Source: Scyliorhinus canicula
Taxonomy: Eukaryota
Assembly (NCBI RefSeq): GCF_902713615.1
Contig: NW_024055498.1
Span: 4,520,554-4,584,553, forward strand
Direction: 5' to 3'
DNA: 64,000 nucleotides
Below the pieces are notes generated by a model, which saw only the letters and a program-made list of their open reading frames with translations, made no database searches and was not told where the DNA came from. Positions 11,284 through 23,509 of the stretch are shown here, in pieces (positions within the stretch are counted from its first letter, which is position 1; the number at the start of each line of letters is the position of its first letter). The position numbers were made by a program, and so were the translations under genes.

Positions 11284-13654
11284 ACCATCCTTCTGCGCTA
11301 CTCCACAATTTGACAAATTTCACGATTTCACCCTCTGGGCTGCAGCTGAGCAAAGCCGCGTTTATTCCTGTGCCCTAAGACCCACAGAGCTGGGAACAGT
11401 TGAACCTTAGCACAGATACTCCCACCGCTTCACAGGTCAAACACCCAGTAAGTTACCGTCAATTACAAGGACGAACGGATGTGAAGATCATCTAAAAATA
11501 ATTGTACATATAATCCCTCATGTTCACATATTTAGTTATGCTCTGAGGTTTGTCTGCGCACGGTGGCGCAGTGGTTAGCAGTGGCTGAGACCCCGGGTGC
11601 GATCATGTAGCGGATGCTGTGCAAATGTCCACAGTGCGAGTTCCAGTTAGAGTCACATATATGCGCTACCGTACTAATAAACCAAAATCAATAATTAAAC
11701 CACCACCATGAAACCCATTGCGATTTGTATTAAATGCAATGAAATGCAACAGTGACCAAGATTGGTTGAGGATTACATGTTCGAATTATATCTAGAGTTT
11801 ACAGTTATAATTTTTTTAAAATTCAAATGCACCTTCAGGACCTTAACGATGCCTTTCGATGTATTTTCCTTTTCTGTTCCCTCTAATCGCCGGTCTCCAT
11901 TTTTAAAAAATTCAGAATATTTTACGCTTCCTTGTTACAGTCTCTAAATTAGTGATGTCAAACCTTGGTTTATTCAGTCAGAACCGCTCAAACCGGACAT
12001 TAAATATAAAAGCTGTCACATCAGGCCAGTGATTGACACATGACTCCAGATCCACATTGATCTCTTTGACTCTTACCTTCGCTCTGCAATGACCTAGCAA
12101 GTCACTGAGATCAAAGGAACTGAGAGAGGGACATCAAATGCTGGCCTTACCACCAACGCCCAATGAAGAATAAAAATAAGTCAATATTAGTTCGCCAACA
12201 ATAAGATCTGAGTTACAGCAGTTAGGAAGACAACAGAGATGTATAATTGGGAAGGAAATGCTGACTAGTAATGATACAATGTTAGGGAATGGTGAAATAT
12301 GGTTCTGCTTCACTCTGTCAATCTGTAACTGCAGATTAGGGAATCTTCTGCTGGAGCCGGAATACACAGGTTCAACGCAATGCATTGCTGATACAACCAA
12401 TACTGAACAGGGAATATCGACAGGAACCATTCCAATAAAGCAGGACAGGTAAGGCTCATCAGAGTCTAAGCAGCGACATGAGGCTGCGGGCGTTGCAGCC
12501 ACAGACAATGGCACCACAAGGTTTGTTTCCAGTTCGGACCTGCGGGAAACATGTGACTACAGCGCCCTTCAACGGCGATTCTGGGAAATTTACACTGTCC
12601 AGATCACAAAGTGCAATTCATCAATGGGGCAGTTTCCAGCGGTCTTTTGTCGGGAGACATGTTTTAAGAATTCAGCATTGTAAATGGCCGCAATTGAAGT
12701 ATGGGCGAGTTGAAAGGAAATACTTTAACTAATTCTGAATCTCTTTCTTTATATCTTTGTCGTATCTTTTTGTTTTGCATTTTACACGCATTATGTCATA
12801 CTGTCCTGCATTTCTCAGAAAAGTTTGTTGTCTGCAAACATTCACTGACCAAGCAACATACTTTGATCAATAAACCCAGTGGCTGTGGTTAATGGCTCCA
12901 GGAAATGGCAAAGTGATGGGGGAATGACGGCTTAATATTGCACACAGGCAGGAACATGTACTGAAGGACAAATGGAATTTCTGGACCTATAGCACGTCAC
13001 ACAATACTGACCGATCACACTTCATAGAAACGTGATAGAACCGAACACCGCAGTGCAGAAGAAGGCCCTTTGGACCATCGAGTCTGCACCGACCCTCTGA
13101 AAGCGCACCCTACCTAGGACCACTCCACCGTCCTATCCCCACCTCCCCACCTAATCTGCACATCTTTGGACACTGAGGGGCAATATTAGTAAGGCTTCAC
13201 CTGCACGCCTATGTTGCAGTCGACTCATAGTATAACAGGATGTTCACAAGATCGTAATGGTCACCCAAAATACAGAGTTCTCATCAAAACGTCAACTTTT
13301 ACAACAGTGCCCACCGAATTCGTTAGAATTTGATCGGTTTCAGCTGTGAAACAACTGCCCATCACATATTATGAAGAACCATATCACTGTCAGCATGGAG
13401 ATGAATACATTTAATTTGCTGCATTCGATCTGCACCAATAGGATGAATTAGAGCTCCAATGCCCCGTGAGAAGATTGGTTGAATTGAAGAGAAAATAAAC
13501 TTACAGGCAATTGGATGTGACCCGATGACGTTATGAGCAATGTACCAATCAGCAGGCACTCGGATGTGACTCATTCTCTTTTCAACTCTTGGCGAAAACA
13601 ATTTCAGCCTCAATAATTTCTGTTGAAACCTAATCTGTTGATCTCTCTGCAAAC

Positions 13655-13706
13655 ATGTCGTTTGTTACTGTGTATTTATTCCTCACAGCGGCCGCGCTTT
13701 TAACCG
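13655..13706 (+). other. Distal leader-like exon MSFVTVYLFLTAAALLT-G with phase-1 GTAAGT donor
   Basis: Hydrophobic 17 codons plus 1 nt, then a consensus donor; no intact V exon before V3. Confidence 0.65.
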
Positions 13707-14354
13707 GTAAGTTCACAAGTTGCTCAACTCTTTATGTCACATCCTTTCTACACATGACATTCTGTCAGGCAGGTCGCTCAATACAAGGGGGTGGGTGTGG
13801 GTGGTTGGACAAACAGATTGACCCCAACTTCGAAAAATCATCTGGATCTCGCTGCTCTAAACACGGAACACTGTTTTCTGGAATTCGGCATATTTCCCTG
13901 AGGGAATGAGAGCGGAAGTGTTGGGCTGAGATTTCAGCTCCTCTGGTGCCAGTGAATGACCTTGGCAAACAGCAGACTATCAACCCCTCAGACTGAAGGT
14001 TGCCTTTTCTAAAAAGTTCAACTGTCAGATTACATAGCCTGATGTTATTTTTTCTGAATAAGTGGTGTGAGGAGTGAAGGGGTGGGACTAATTGTCAATG
14101 CAAACCCCGCCCAGAGCGGTGACGCGAGTAGATGATGTAGGAGGAGCTAGCGGAACGATCACTGACCAGTCAGCTGTCGTTGCTACCTAAAATGTTGCTA
14201 CCCAGTTAGCGCATTGAAGCTTCTTATTGGAAATATCATCTCAAAAACACTTCCTAAACTATAGTTTTAGCTCTCTGTGCAACATTTCTTAGCTTAACGT
14301 ATCGTAAGAGTGAATATATACATATGCTACCGAAAGATTGTTCCTGAAGATAGA

Positions 14355-14807
14355 ATGAGGCTCATGTCCTATAGCCACCTGGTTATATTGTGGCTGTTTT
14401 TCGGTATGTACAGCCAAAATATTTGGTTTGTTTGCAGTAAAGTGATGCTGATAGATTTTTGCACGCAATGTGGCATTGAACATTTTGCTACCTTTTATTG
14501 CAGCGGCCATTCAGGCAGATTCTGTGTCCCAGCCTCAGACTGCACTGAATATCACTGAAGGAGTTAGAACGAAATTAGATTGTACCTACACAACGAACTA
14601 CCAGAACCCCGATCTGTACTGGTACAGACAGCGCAAGAACCAGGCCCCGCAATTTATTTTGCATCGAGACCGAAGCAGGAAAACAGACGCAGATTTTGCC
14701 AAGGGAAAATTCGAAGCCGACCAAACTAATGCAGAAAAGAAGTTTCCTTTAACAGTCACTCGAGCGGAAACCCATGACAGCGCCGTATATTTCTGCGTGT
14801 TGAGAGA
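14355..14807 (+). CDS. V3: TCR alpha/delta V segment; leader 14355-14403 (MRLMSYSHLVILWLFF), intron 14404-14503, V exon 14504-14807
   Basis: GTATGT donor, phase 1; open frame AIQADSVSQPQ...LDC...LYWYRQ...DSAVYFCVLRD. Confidence 0.92.
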
Positions 14808-14846
14808 CACAGCGGTTTAATACTCATCTCCCGCTGTACAAAAACC
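14808..14846 (+). other. 23-RSS of V3: CACAGCG - 23 bp - ACAAAAACC
   Basis: Near-consensus heptamer, consensus nonamer, exact spacer. Confidence 0.95.
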
Positions 14847-14929
14847 TCACTGAAATAAAACTGTCACAGGCTGTGACTCCAGCTCAAAGAGTTATCCGTG
14901 TCTCGGCTGTAACTGTTCCATTTCTCAAC

Positions 14930-15240
14930 TCTAGGGCCCCTGAGCCAGGAAGTTGTGGGTTCAAGACTCCCTGCAGATATCTGAGGACTATCAGTACAAA
15001 GGGAGTCCGGGCGTCTCCGCAGTGAAGCATTCGGATAAACGAGCAATAGAGGCTTTAACTACCCTTTCTGGAGGATCTTCGTCACCGCCGCACTGTTTTC
15101 GAAAGCAGGGCAGTTCCCCGAGATACTTAAACCTCAGTCGACATCACTGAAACCGATGAACACATTCCCTGAGATCTTGCTGTGGGCACAGCGACACTTT
15201 CCTACGTTACACTCGTTACTGCACATCAAATTTACTTCGA
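14930..15240 (+). mobile_element. Decayed DeuSINE-like (SacSINE/AmnSINE-type) element
   Basis: gttgtgggttcaag B-box-like head, acatcactgaaacc and tttcctacgttaca segments resemble Deu-domain SINEs; from memory of the consensus. Confidence 0.5.
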
Positions 15241-16339
15241 AAGGGAAAATGCTGGAAAATCTCAGCAGGTCTGGCAGTATATGTAGGGAGAGAAAAGAGC
15301 TAACGTTTCGAGTCCGATGACTCTTTGTCAAAGCTGAGACTTGCTGAGATTTTCCAGCATTTTTACTTTCGTTTCAGATTCCAGCATCCGCAGTAATTTG
15401 CTTTCATCAAATTTACTTCCTTTGTTCTGCGGGACAAGCTGGGTGGACTGGGCTGCCCTTTGTCGGCCATTGCTGGCAGAATTAGTAAATTAAACATTAC
15501 AACTTGCCGGCCTCTATACATCATTTTCAGCTCCTCCATCAACACTCGCCCCAATAATGTCCATTGCCCGACTGGGCCTCATGTCTGACCCTCGCAGCGC
15601 TGAGTTTTCCAGAGAACCAAATTGGAGTCGCTGCGCCAATCTACGATCAGTACGCGAGCTCAGTCCCTGAAAACGTTTCTTCGTTCCCAGCGGATAGCAT
15701 TGGACTGGATTCAAACAACTCTCCTTCACGTTTAAGGTGATTTGTCTCAATAATCTGCTCAAGCTTACTCCATCCTCTCGTCATCCACATGCTCCACATC
15801 AGGGTTTTTGATGAAACGGAAACCGCAGGATATTGGTTATAGCATTCAGAGAAAAAAGACGATGATGAAATACATGAGTTCAACCGAGTTTTCCTGACGC
15901 TTTGTAAGCCTGAGCAATTTTTTCTAGCAAATGCTTATTAAGAAACGGGAAACATGAGAGCATCTACCTCCAGATTTTCCTGTACCATTATATTTCAGAA
16001 CCATTTTGTGCTGGGTGTGTGGGATTTGGAAAAGAAATGTTGCAAAATGGCGAACACTGAGTAATAGAGGGAGGACAACAATCCTGGGAATATTGCATTA
16101 TATCATTAACCAATTTAAATGTAATACAAGACAGTCAATCTCCTAAATAAAAGCAAATTACTGCGGATTCTGGAATCTGAAACGAAAGGGACAATGCTGG
16201 AAAATTTCAGCAGGTCTGGCAGCATCTGTAGGGAGAGAAAATAGGGAGGGGAAGGTGTAAGCAAAGAGGAGAAATGTACAGGAAAGGTGCAGGAAAGAAA
16301 TAAATGGTAAAAGACAGTCAAAGTGACATGAAAACAAAT

Positions 16340-16500
16340 GGGTCGAGTTGGGGCTGATCATCTGAAGTTGTTGAATTCGATGTTCAGGCCGGAAGACTGT
16401 AGCGTGCTTAACCGGAAGATGAGATGTTGTTCCTCCTGTTTGCGTTGCGCTTCACTGGAACATTGCAGCAGGCCAAGAACAGACACCTGGGCGCGCTCTT
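16340..16500 (-). mobile_element. Penelope-like element, GIY-YIG C-terminal fragment
   Basis: Reverse strand encodes EQHLIFRLSTLQSSGLNIEFNNF. Confidence 0.7.
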
Positions 16501-16644
16501 GCGTTATTTAAACGACCTTGGGAACAGCAACTTGATTTGTTGCTTTATTCAAACGTTTTCAAATTTTCCCACTACCTTTGTTGGACTCTGGACACTGGTC
16601 AGGTTTACGACAATGCAAGTAAATAAATTCCATTCAAGTTTAGC

Positions 16645-17000
16645 AGTTATCCAACATAGGCAGGTTGTTTCCACTGGCGGGTGACAGCAAAACTAGGGGG
16701 CATAGCCTCAAAATAAGGGGAAGAAGATTTAGGACTGAGTTTAGGAGGAACTTCTTCACCCAAAGGGTTGTGAATCTATGGAATTCCTTGCCCAGTGAAG
16801 CAGTTGAGGCTCCTTCATTACATGTTTTTAAGGTAAAGATAGATAGTTTTTTGAAGAATAAAGGGATTAAGGGTTATGGTGTTCGGGCCGGAAAGTGGAG
16901 CTGAGTCCACAAAAGATCAGCCATGATCTAATTGAATGGCGGAGCAGGCTCGAGGGGCCAGATGGCCTACTCCTGCTCCTTGTTCTTATGTTCTTATACT
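16645..17000 (+). mobile_element. CR1-type LINE 3' end
   Basis: SKTRGHSLKIRGRRFRTE...FFTQRVVNLWNSLP; (ttctta) tail. Confidence 0.9.
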
Positions 17001-18030
17001 GTTGTAGCAGTAAAATTACTATCCCACGAATTCAAAGATCCGTGTTGATGATATCAAGACATAGGTTCAATTCTCACCATAGCAGCGGGGGGAATTTACT
17101 GAATTCAATAATTAAATACAAATAATATGGAATTGACACCAGGCAAGTCTCAGTAATGGTGATCATTGGTTGTCGTAGAAACCCATCAGCTTTATTGTTG
17201 TCATTAGGGGAAGGGAATCTGCCATCTTAACTCAGTCTGGCTCGCAACGTGACACCAGACGCACAGCAACGTGGTTGCCTCGGAAATAGCAAAATGTAAC
17301 CAGGGACCCCAAAATCACATGAAACAATTATTTAAATTCTTAACGATCGGTTGACTGAGGTGCATTCCTAAGTTTCAGGGTGCATTTAGTGCTTTTGCTG
17401 TCTTTGTCATGCTGTATTTAAAAATATGGTGTGGGTAGATCAAATCTCAGTGACACTCCCGCTGAAACAACAGTCACCAAACATACACCCTACTAATGAC
17501 ATCACTTTGCTCAACATTTCCGAACTAACAGACGATTCGTGAAATCTAAATATATCAGTGGGACTGAGACCGATAATATCCCTCACAAAGAGATCCAATC
17601 GGTGCAAACACGAGCAGAAAGCTTTCCCGTTAAGATGAAATTCACAGTTGCTGTGAAAATACCAACAGATTGGACACCAAAATAACTGTAGGCAAGGCAA
17701 TGTTTTGGGTGGGGCTGTTCCGACTCGAGTTCGTAATTGAATCAAAAAGAAAAGTATGTTTTTGTGCCGATTTTGTATTTCTGAATGTCCGATGACACAG
17801 CCCTGGAATAAAAACAAATGAAGTCCATTAACAGCAAAACCGCGTTATTCTGGTACATTTTTTAAAAGCTGTTTACGAAACGTTAATCTTAGTATTCTCC
17901 ATCTCTCTCCCTCACGAAACATGTTTCGGAAATGTCAACTGTTTAGCAGCAAAATGTGCGTTAATGGAAAAGAGGTTTTACATTTTCATGATTCTCTTTA
18001 TTTAACACTTTATCTGATCTAAAATCTCTG

Positions 18031-18060
18031 TTAGGGTTAGGCTTAGGGTTAGGGTTAGGA
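18031..18060 (+). repeat. Short interstitial telomere-like tract, five TTAGGN units (three exact TTAGGG)
   Basis: ttaggg ttaggc ttaggg ttaggg ttagga. Confidence 0.8.
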
Positions 18061-18064
18061 AGGA

Positions 18065-18812
18065 ATAACAGGAAGACAGAGTACTGGGCTAATGGTAAGA
18101 TTCTTGGTAGTGTGGATGAGCAGAGAGATCACGGTGTCCGTAGGTCTCCATGTACATAGATCCCTGAAAGTTGCCACCCAGGTTGAGAGGGTTGTTAAGA
18201 AGGCGTACGGTGTGTTAGAGGAATTGAGTTTCGGAGCCATGAGGTCATGTTGCAGTTGTACAAAACTCTGGTGCGACCACATTTGGAGTATTGCGTGCAG
18301 TTCTGGTCGCCGCATTGTAGGAAGGATGTGGAAGAATTAGAAAGGGTGGAGAGGAGATTTACCAGGATGTTGCCTGATATGGAGGGAAGAACTTATGAGG
18401 AAAGGCTGAGGGACTTGAGGCTGTTTTCGTTAGAATGAAGAAAGTTAAGAGGTGACTTAATTGAGGCATACAAGATGATCAGAGGATTAGATAGGGTGGA
18501 CAGTGAGAGGCTTTTTCCTCGGATGGTGATGTCCAGCACGAGGGGACATAGCTTTAAATTGAGGGGAGATAGATATAGGACAGATGTCAGAGGTAGGTTC
18601 TTTACTCAGAGAGTAATAAGGGCATGGAATGTCCTGCCTGCAACAGTAGTGGACTCGCCAACACTGAGGGCATTCAAATGGTCATTGGATAGACAGATGG
18701 ACGATAAAGGAATAGTGTAGAGGGACTTTAGAAGGGTTTCACAGGACGGTGCAACATCGTGGGGCGAAGGGCCTGTACTGCGCTGTAATGTTCTATGTTA
18801 TATATGTTCTAT
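18065..18812 (+). mobile_element. CR1-type LINE, 5'-truncated
   Basis: LYKTLVRPHLEYCVQFWSPH, TRGHSFKLRG, FFTQRVIRAWN; (ctatgtt)-type tail. Confidence 0.92.
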
Positions 18813-18960
18813 TCAGGTAAATCTTTGAGAAGTGCGAAAGCAATAAGGAAGGGGTCATTTCCTAGAGCCATTTGACACCCTGGATTACTAGACCAGCCGC
18901 ACAAACACCATGTTGTCACTCCTGTACCCAGTGCAGTAAACAGAAAAACACGATGAGCGA

Positions 18961-18974
18961 GCTCCATCTGGTGG
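18961..18974 (-). promoter_or_regulatory. CTCF-type motif CCACCAGATGGAGC
   Basis: Close match to the CTCF core CCASYAGRKGGCRS. Confidence 0.45.
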
Positions 18975-19897
18975 CGATCTGAGGTATGGCCCTTTCCTGA
19001 AAAATCACCGAATTCTGTTGCATGGTGATGGAACATTATTTTTGTTCCATATTGTTATTATTGCAATTTATTTCAACTTACACACGGAGCTAATTCCAAC
19101 GTCATTTTATATCCTGGCGTTTCCCGTTGTTTAGTGTAATTTCTCAGGCACATTGGTTCAAGAAGCTGGGTTTAAACAATATGAATCCACGGAGATCACG
19201 ATGTGATCCCGACTCTAAACTGCCAACACATACAAAAATGTAAACATGACTCCTAATTCACACAAATATTCTATTTAATATTGGGATCTAAATGTAACTG
19301 TTTCCATTTTGATCCTACCCTGAGCTGTGGATATCCTATTTTACCTGTTATAAGAACATAAGAACTAGGAGCAGGAGTAGGCCATCTGGCCCCTCGAGCC
19401 TGCTCTGCCATTCAATGAGATCATGGCTGATCTTTTGTGGACTCAGCTCCATAGATGCTCCTTTTAACTGAACACATTGATGAACTCCTTGAAACTAAAA
19501 AGATGGACGAATTGGATTTTCTACAGTCTGAACTTCAAGGAAAACGGGAGAAAAAGAAAGAGGCAGAGGAAGTGTGTGAGAGAGGGTCAGAAACAGAGAA
19601 AAGGGAAACAGAGACACAGAGACCGAGCGACAGAGCGGGGCAGACCTTGAGACAAAGACAGAGCTGGAGGAACAGAGAAAGGCAGGAAGAAAGAGGACGT
19701 CAGAAGATATCATTGGTCCAAAACGAACACTGATTGGAGCCCAACTGTCACCAGTTTCGACAGACCAGCCAATCATGTCGCTGGGAAACGCTCCTCAGTC
19801 TCGCAGTCAGTGAAGCTTCCACTGATCTGAAATTCCGTGTTAATACAGAACATATTCAAAATCTGATTTATTTCTGTTGAACTCTAATCCAGACACC

Positions 19898-20332
19898 ATG
19901 TGTTCCCCATGTTGGTTACTGATAATAATGGCCATGCTTCCCGGTGAGTCGATGTTTAAATGTTCACCATGTGTTCTGTGTGTTATCTTTACTCCCAGAT
20001 ACTGAGTACATTTTCTGTTTTGTTCCAGGAACAAATGGTAAAGATTCAGTGTCCCAGGATCGATCTGAGTTAACGGTTCTTGAAGGACAGAGCATTAACC
20101 TGGACTGCGGATACTCGACAGCTGTTTTTGACACTCTGTTCTGGTACATTCAGTATCCCGGGAATCCTCCGAGGAATGTAATGAAAATATATAGCACTGG
20201 CAGTTCAGATAAGTCTCCAGATTTCCCAGCCAGATTCTCGGCTGTTTTACACAAAGAAAACCAAACGGTTCCTTTAAATATCGCCGAAGCTGATCTCTCC
20301 GACAGTGCCGTATATTTCTGCGCGATGGAGCC
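19898..20332 (+). CDS. V4: TCR alpha/delta V segment; leader 19898-19943 (MCSPCWLLIIMAMLP), intron 19944-20028, V exon 20029-20332
   Basis: GTGAGT donor, phase 1; open frame GTNGKDSVSQ...LDC...LFWYIQYPG...DSAVYFCAMEP. Confidence 0.92.
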
Positions 20333-20372
20333 CACACTGCTGCAGAGTTATAGCGGGTCCCGTACATGAACT
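20333..20372 (+). other. RSS of V4: CACACTG - 24 bp - ACATGAACT (non-consensus)
   Basis: Spacer is homologous to the V1 and V6 spacers but longer; nonamer is degenerate. Confidence 0.75.
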
Positions 20373-20396
20373 CGCACTGGGAGTTCCAGTTACTTC

Positions 20397-20410
20397 GCAG
20401 CAGAGGGCGC
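20397..20410 (+). promoter_or_regulatory. CTCF-type motif GCAGCAGAGGGCGC about 25 bp 3' of the V4 nonamer
   Basis: Strong match to the CTCF core; same position in V6. Confidence 0.65.
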
Positions 20411-21936
20411 TCTCACAATGATAGACGGACACAACTACTCAGCCTGTCAGGGTCACAGGCTCATTAATACAACATCAAAATCAAACAAGTGAGCAGGAAC
20501 TGAATACTTATATTCGTTAGTTTATAACTTGCATTTGTACTGAAATGAATTTCACAAGTTAATTTATGGTTCCTTAACTCACATTTAGTCTGTTTATGAT
20601 CTTTCCATTTCTGTCTGAATTATTGTGTGAACCTTTCTCCATCTCAGTTCTCCCCTTCTAGGACCCTTTGATCAAAGTCGATACACAGAGTCTGGATGAC
20701 TGGTGTATTTTATTGGTTCATTTGTAGAAAATTAGCACATTCCATGAGGCAGTGGTTGCAGACTTTATAACAAACGCCAAGGTCAGAGTCCCTCGAATAT
20801 TAATTCTCCTTTCGAGTGTCTGTTTATTGTTTTTCTGACACAATTCACAAACATGTGTTTCCGTCCTACAATAACCAGACCAGCAAACCCATTCCTAACC
20901 CCGTCTGGAAATATGCAGCGATTCTTCTTATAAGGTACTGACTGTATCCCAGCTCTGATTGTTCCCATTCACTGACGGGCAGTTCCCCACCTACAGGTCT
21001 TAAACCGTCATTGGAGACGCAAGAAAGTGAAGTGAGAAAATGCTGAGAAAGACAACCGATTCTTGGTGGTGCGGAATAGAAGGTGTTGCTTCGAATTTCA
21101 ACCTTTACAAATCAGACGGCGACAATGCGGCCATCTGGGTTGTATGGGGCTGGTGCGGGCGGGGCATTTCGGAAAGTAATTGTGGAACAAACACATTTCA
21201 TCGCATTTGAAATCATAGTTTCAATCGGAATTTTAAACATATGATTATTTCCTGTTTCAGCATGTATTTCTGATCTGAGTGATGGGAATTCTGTTTCTCG
21301 GCTACTGCCGTCTGATGTTAAGACAGAAGAAGAAGTTGCTGTTTTTAGTTTAATCTTTGATGCTGCCTTCTTGAACCGCTGCAGTCCGTGTGGTGTTCAG
21401 GAGAAAGTTTCAGTCTTTCACTTGTGCTATGTTACTCATGTCAGCAGACAAGCAGCGAGGCAAAAAACAAAACAGCAACAGCACCGCTCAGGCAGCCAAA
21501 CCTCTCTCTGTATCTCTGGGTGGAGAAAGTGGCTCTGAATAGTTACTCAGGAGCAGGATTCACAGACTGAGTTCATGGTGGACAACAGTCCCGTACTTTG
21601 TCTTAGAGCTCCTGTCTGTTGGAGTTTCGACAGAATCTCGGGCAGATGCAGACATGATGTGGAGCCATCGAGCAGCGGCGATGTCAGCCACACAAACCCA
21701 CACCGGGGCGGGGGAGGGGACCACATTAATCTCGAATGAAACTAACCCACCTGTTACCAGCAGCGGCAGTAAGAATAAACTGCAGAATCCGATCCGACCG
21801 ACAGATCCGTCATCAAACGAGTCTCCAGGGTAACCCAGTCTTGCTATTTCTGATCAGCTGTTAATTCTCTAAAACTCAGGGCTGGCTGTTCAGATCAGCT
21901 CCGGGAAAAATGTTTCTGACCCTTCAACCAGTCCCA

Positions 21937-22037
21937 CTTACGTCACTCGGTTTACAGACTTACGTCACTAAATCTGCAGGAAAACATCACACGTGTCCTC
22001 AGACTGACTCCACATAGGCGGTGCTCTGCGCATGCGA
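21937..22037 (+). promoter_or_regulatory. V5 promoter: two CRE-like cttacgtcact motifs 22 bp apart, E-box cacgtg, NRF1-like tgcgcatgcg
   Basis: Exact 11-mer at 21937 and 21959, about 280-300 bp upstream of the V5 ATG. Confidence 0.55.
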
Positions 22038-22240
22038 ATTCTTCGACCCACACCCCATCCAATGCTGAAGCTCCCTCACAGCTTCACTTTGTGATCACAA
22101 GTCACAGGGACCCGGTTCGGGCGGGCACGGTGCAATTGGTGTTAGACTCAGTTTGATATACAACAACGCTGCCTTCGCAGCATTGTCTCTGGTCCTGAAC
22201 ACTACCGACAGCTACTGAACACAGATCGACAGGATCCAAC

Positions 22241-22746
22241 ATGAAGCTGAGCTTTACTTTAGTGATTATTTCCCTGAATTTCTTACCCTTCTCTCCGTGT
22301 GAGTGTAATCACTCTTTCTGGCAGGAATATGTTACACATCAGATATGTCATGTTATAGGGACGTACAGTTTCCTTTATTGTATATATTGTTATGTCATGT
22401 TGTATTTGATTGTGCTAAATCATATTATCGCCGTCTGTGTGATATTAAATTATTCATGTTATTTTACATCTCAGATGCCGCTGGCAGTGACGAGTTATCG
22501 CAGTCTCCAGAGTCAATGGTGGTTCCCGAGGGAGACATTGCATCCTTGGCCTGTTCCACCACAGTAGCAGGAGTGATCCTACAATGGTACAGACAATACC
22601 CGGATGGAACCATGCAGCACCTGGCGATCGGCACCAGCGATCAGGGCAGGATCACAGCTCGGTTCATTTCAGCAGACAATCATAGCTCTCTGAATGTTAG
22701 TGACGTTCGAGTGACAGACACCGCCACCTATCTCTGTGCAGTGAGG
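22241..22746 (+). CDS. V5: compact TCR alpha-type V segment; leader 22241-22298 (MKLSFTLVIISLNFLPFSP), intron 22299-22474, V exon 22475-22746
   Basis: GTGAGT donor, phase 1; open frame SDELSQSPE...LAC...LQWYRQYPDG...DTATYLCAVR. Confidence 0.92.
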
Positions 22747-22785
22747 CACAGTGAACTGAAAACCATTCAACGCCGTACAAAAACC
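22747..22785 (+). other. Perfect 23-RSS of V5: CACAGTG - 23 bp - ACAAAAACC
   Basis: Exact consensus heptamer and nonamer. Confidence 0.97.
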
Positions 22786-23004
22786 TGCCGGGTCATTCTG
22801 AAAGTGTGTAGCCTGTGCAGTTATCCGAGAGCAGGCATTTTAGTAACAATTCCATGGATATGCTGCAATGAGTGAGGTACGTTCGTGATTTGCGTTTACT
22901 CTTTCATATCAGAAAAGAAGGGTCAGAATCCATTTAAATTCATTTTATTTCTTTAGAAGTCACAACCAGAGAGCACGGGTCCCATGGTGCATAATCCAGT
23001 ACTT

Positions 23005-23270
23005 AATATGCAAGAGCCCCGCCAGTATTATTAGAAACATGTCTGACTGGATCTCTCAGTGATTGGGAATGGAATGAATTAGAGATTGAGAGGAGCGAGG
23101 GAACCCAGGCTCTGTTCAGCTCAATGTCCCACCCAGACACAGCACGGGAGCCAGGCCCACTGTGACATCACTGAATATACGTCTGGCTTTGGTCTCATGT
23201 GACTTTCTATCATGCTTGGACTTTGCGCCCTCTGCTGGTGGATTCTGTTCAATCCGGTTCACAATGGGGG
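23005..23270 (-). pseudogene. Orphan leader (MFLIILAGLLH, donor mutated to TTAAGT) plus promoter module A (decamer ~23163-23172, CTCF motif 23225-23238); V exon absent
   Basis: Homologous to the leader and promoter of psiV7 (29838-30070) and psiV10 (50800-51030). Confidence 0.65.
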
Positions 23271-23509
23271 TTTCTGAATGGATTTAAGGTTCATTGATTT
23301 GTATGTGAAAATATCGATGTCAGGAATGAGACGTGACTATCCAAATCTGGATTCTTCTCATTACTTCTTTCTCTGGCGCTATCTGTCGGAGGGCAGGTCT
23401 AATCCATTGCAACGTCACGGGGAGACAGGTCGCAACCACCCCAGAGCTGGAACAGGAATCCAGACCGTTCTGGCTTTCCAATCTCCTGAGCTATACCCAA
23501 CCGTCGTTC

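Noticed and set aside
15380-15900. Possible decayed minus-strand V (TLNVKE..., Y*S*, *FC)
   Set aside because: Needs many frameshifts; no RSS or leader; indistinguishable from chance by eye
17440-17817. 125-aa minus ORF containing CWYF
   Set aside because: No V framework spacing, RSS or other homology
21250-21560. Possible decayed minus-strand V (VQEGS, RQ*P)
   Set aside because: Two short motifs only, no Cys/Trp framework or RSS
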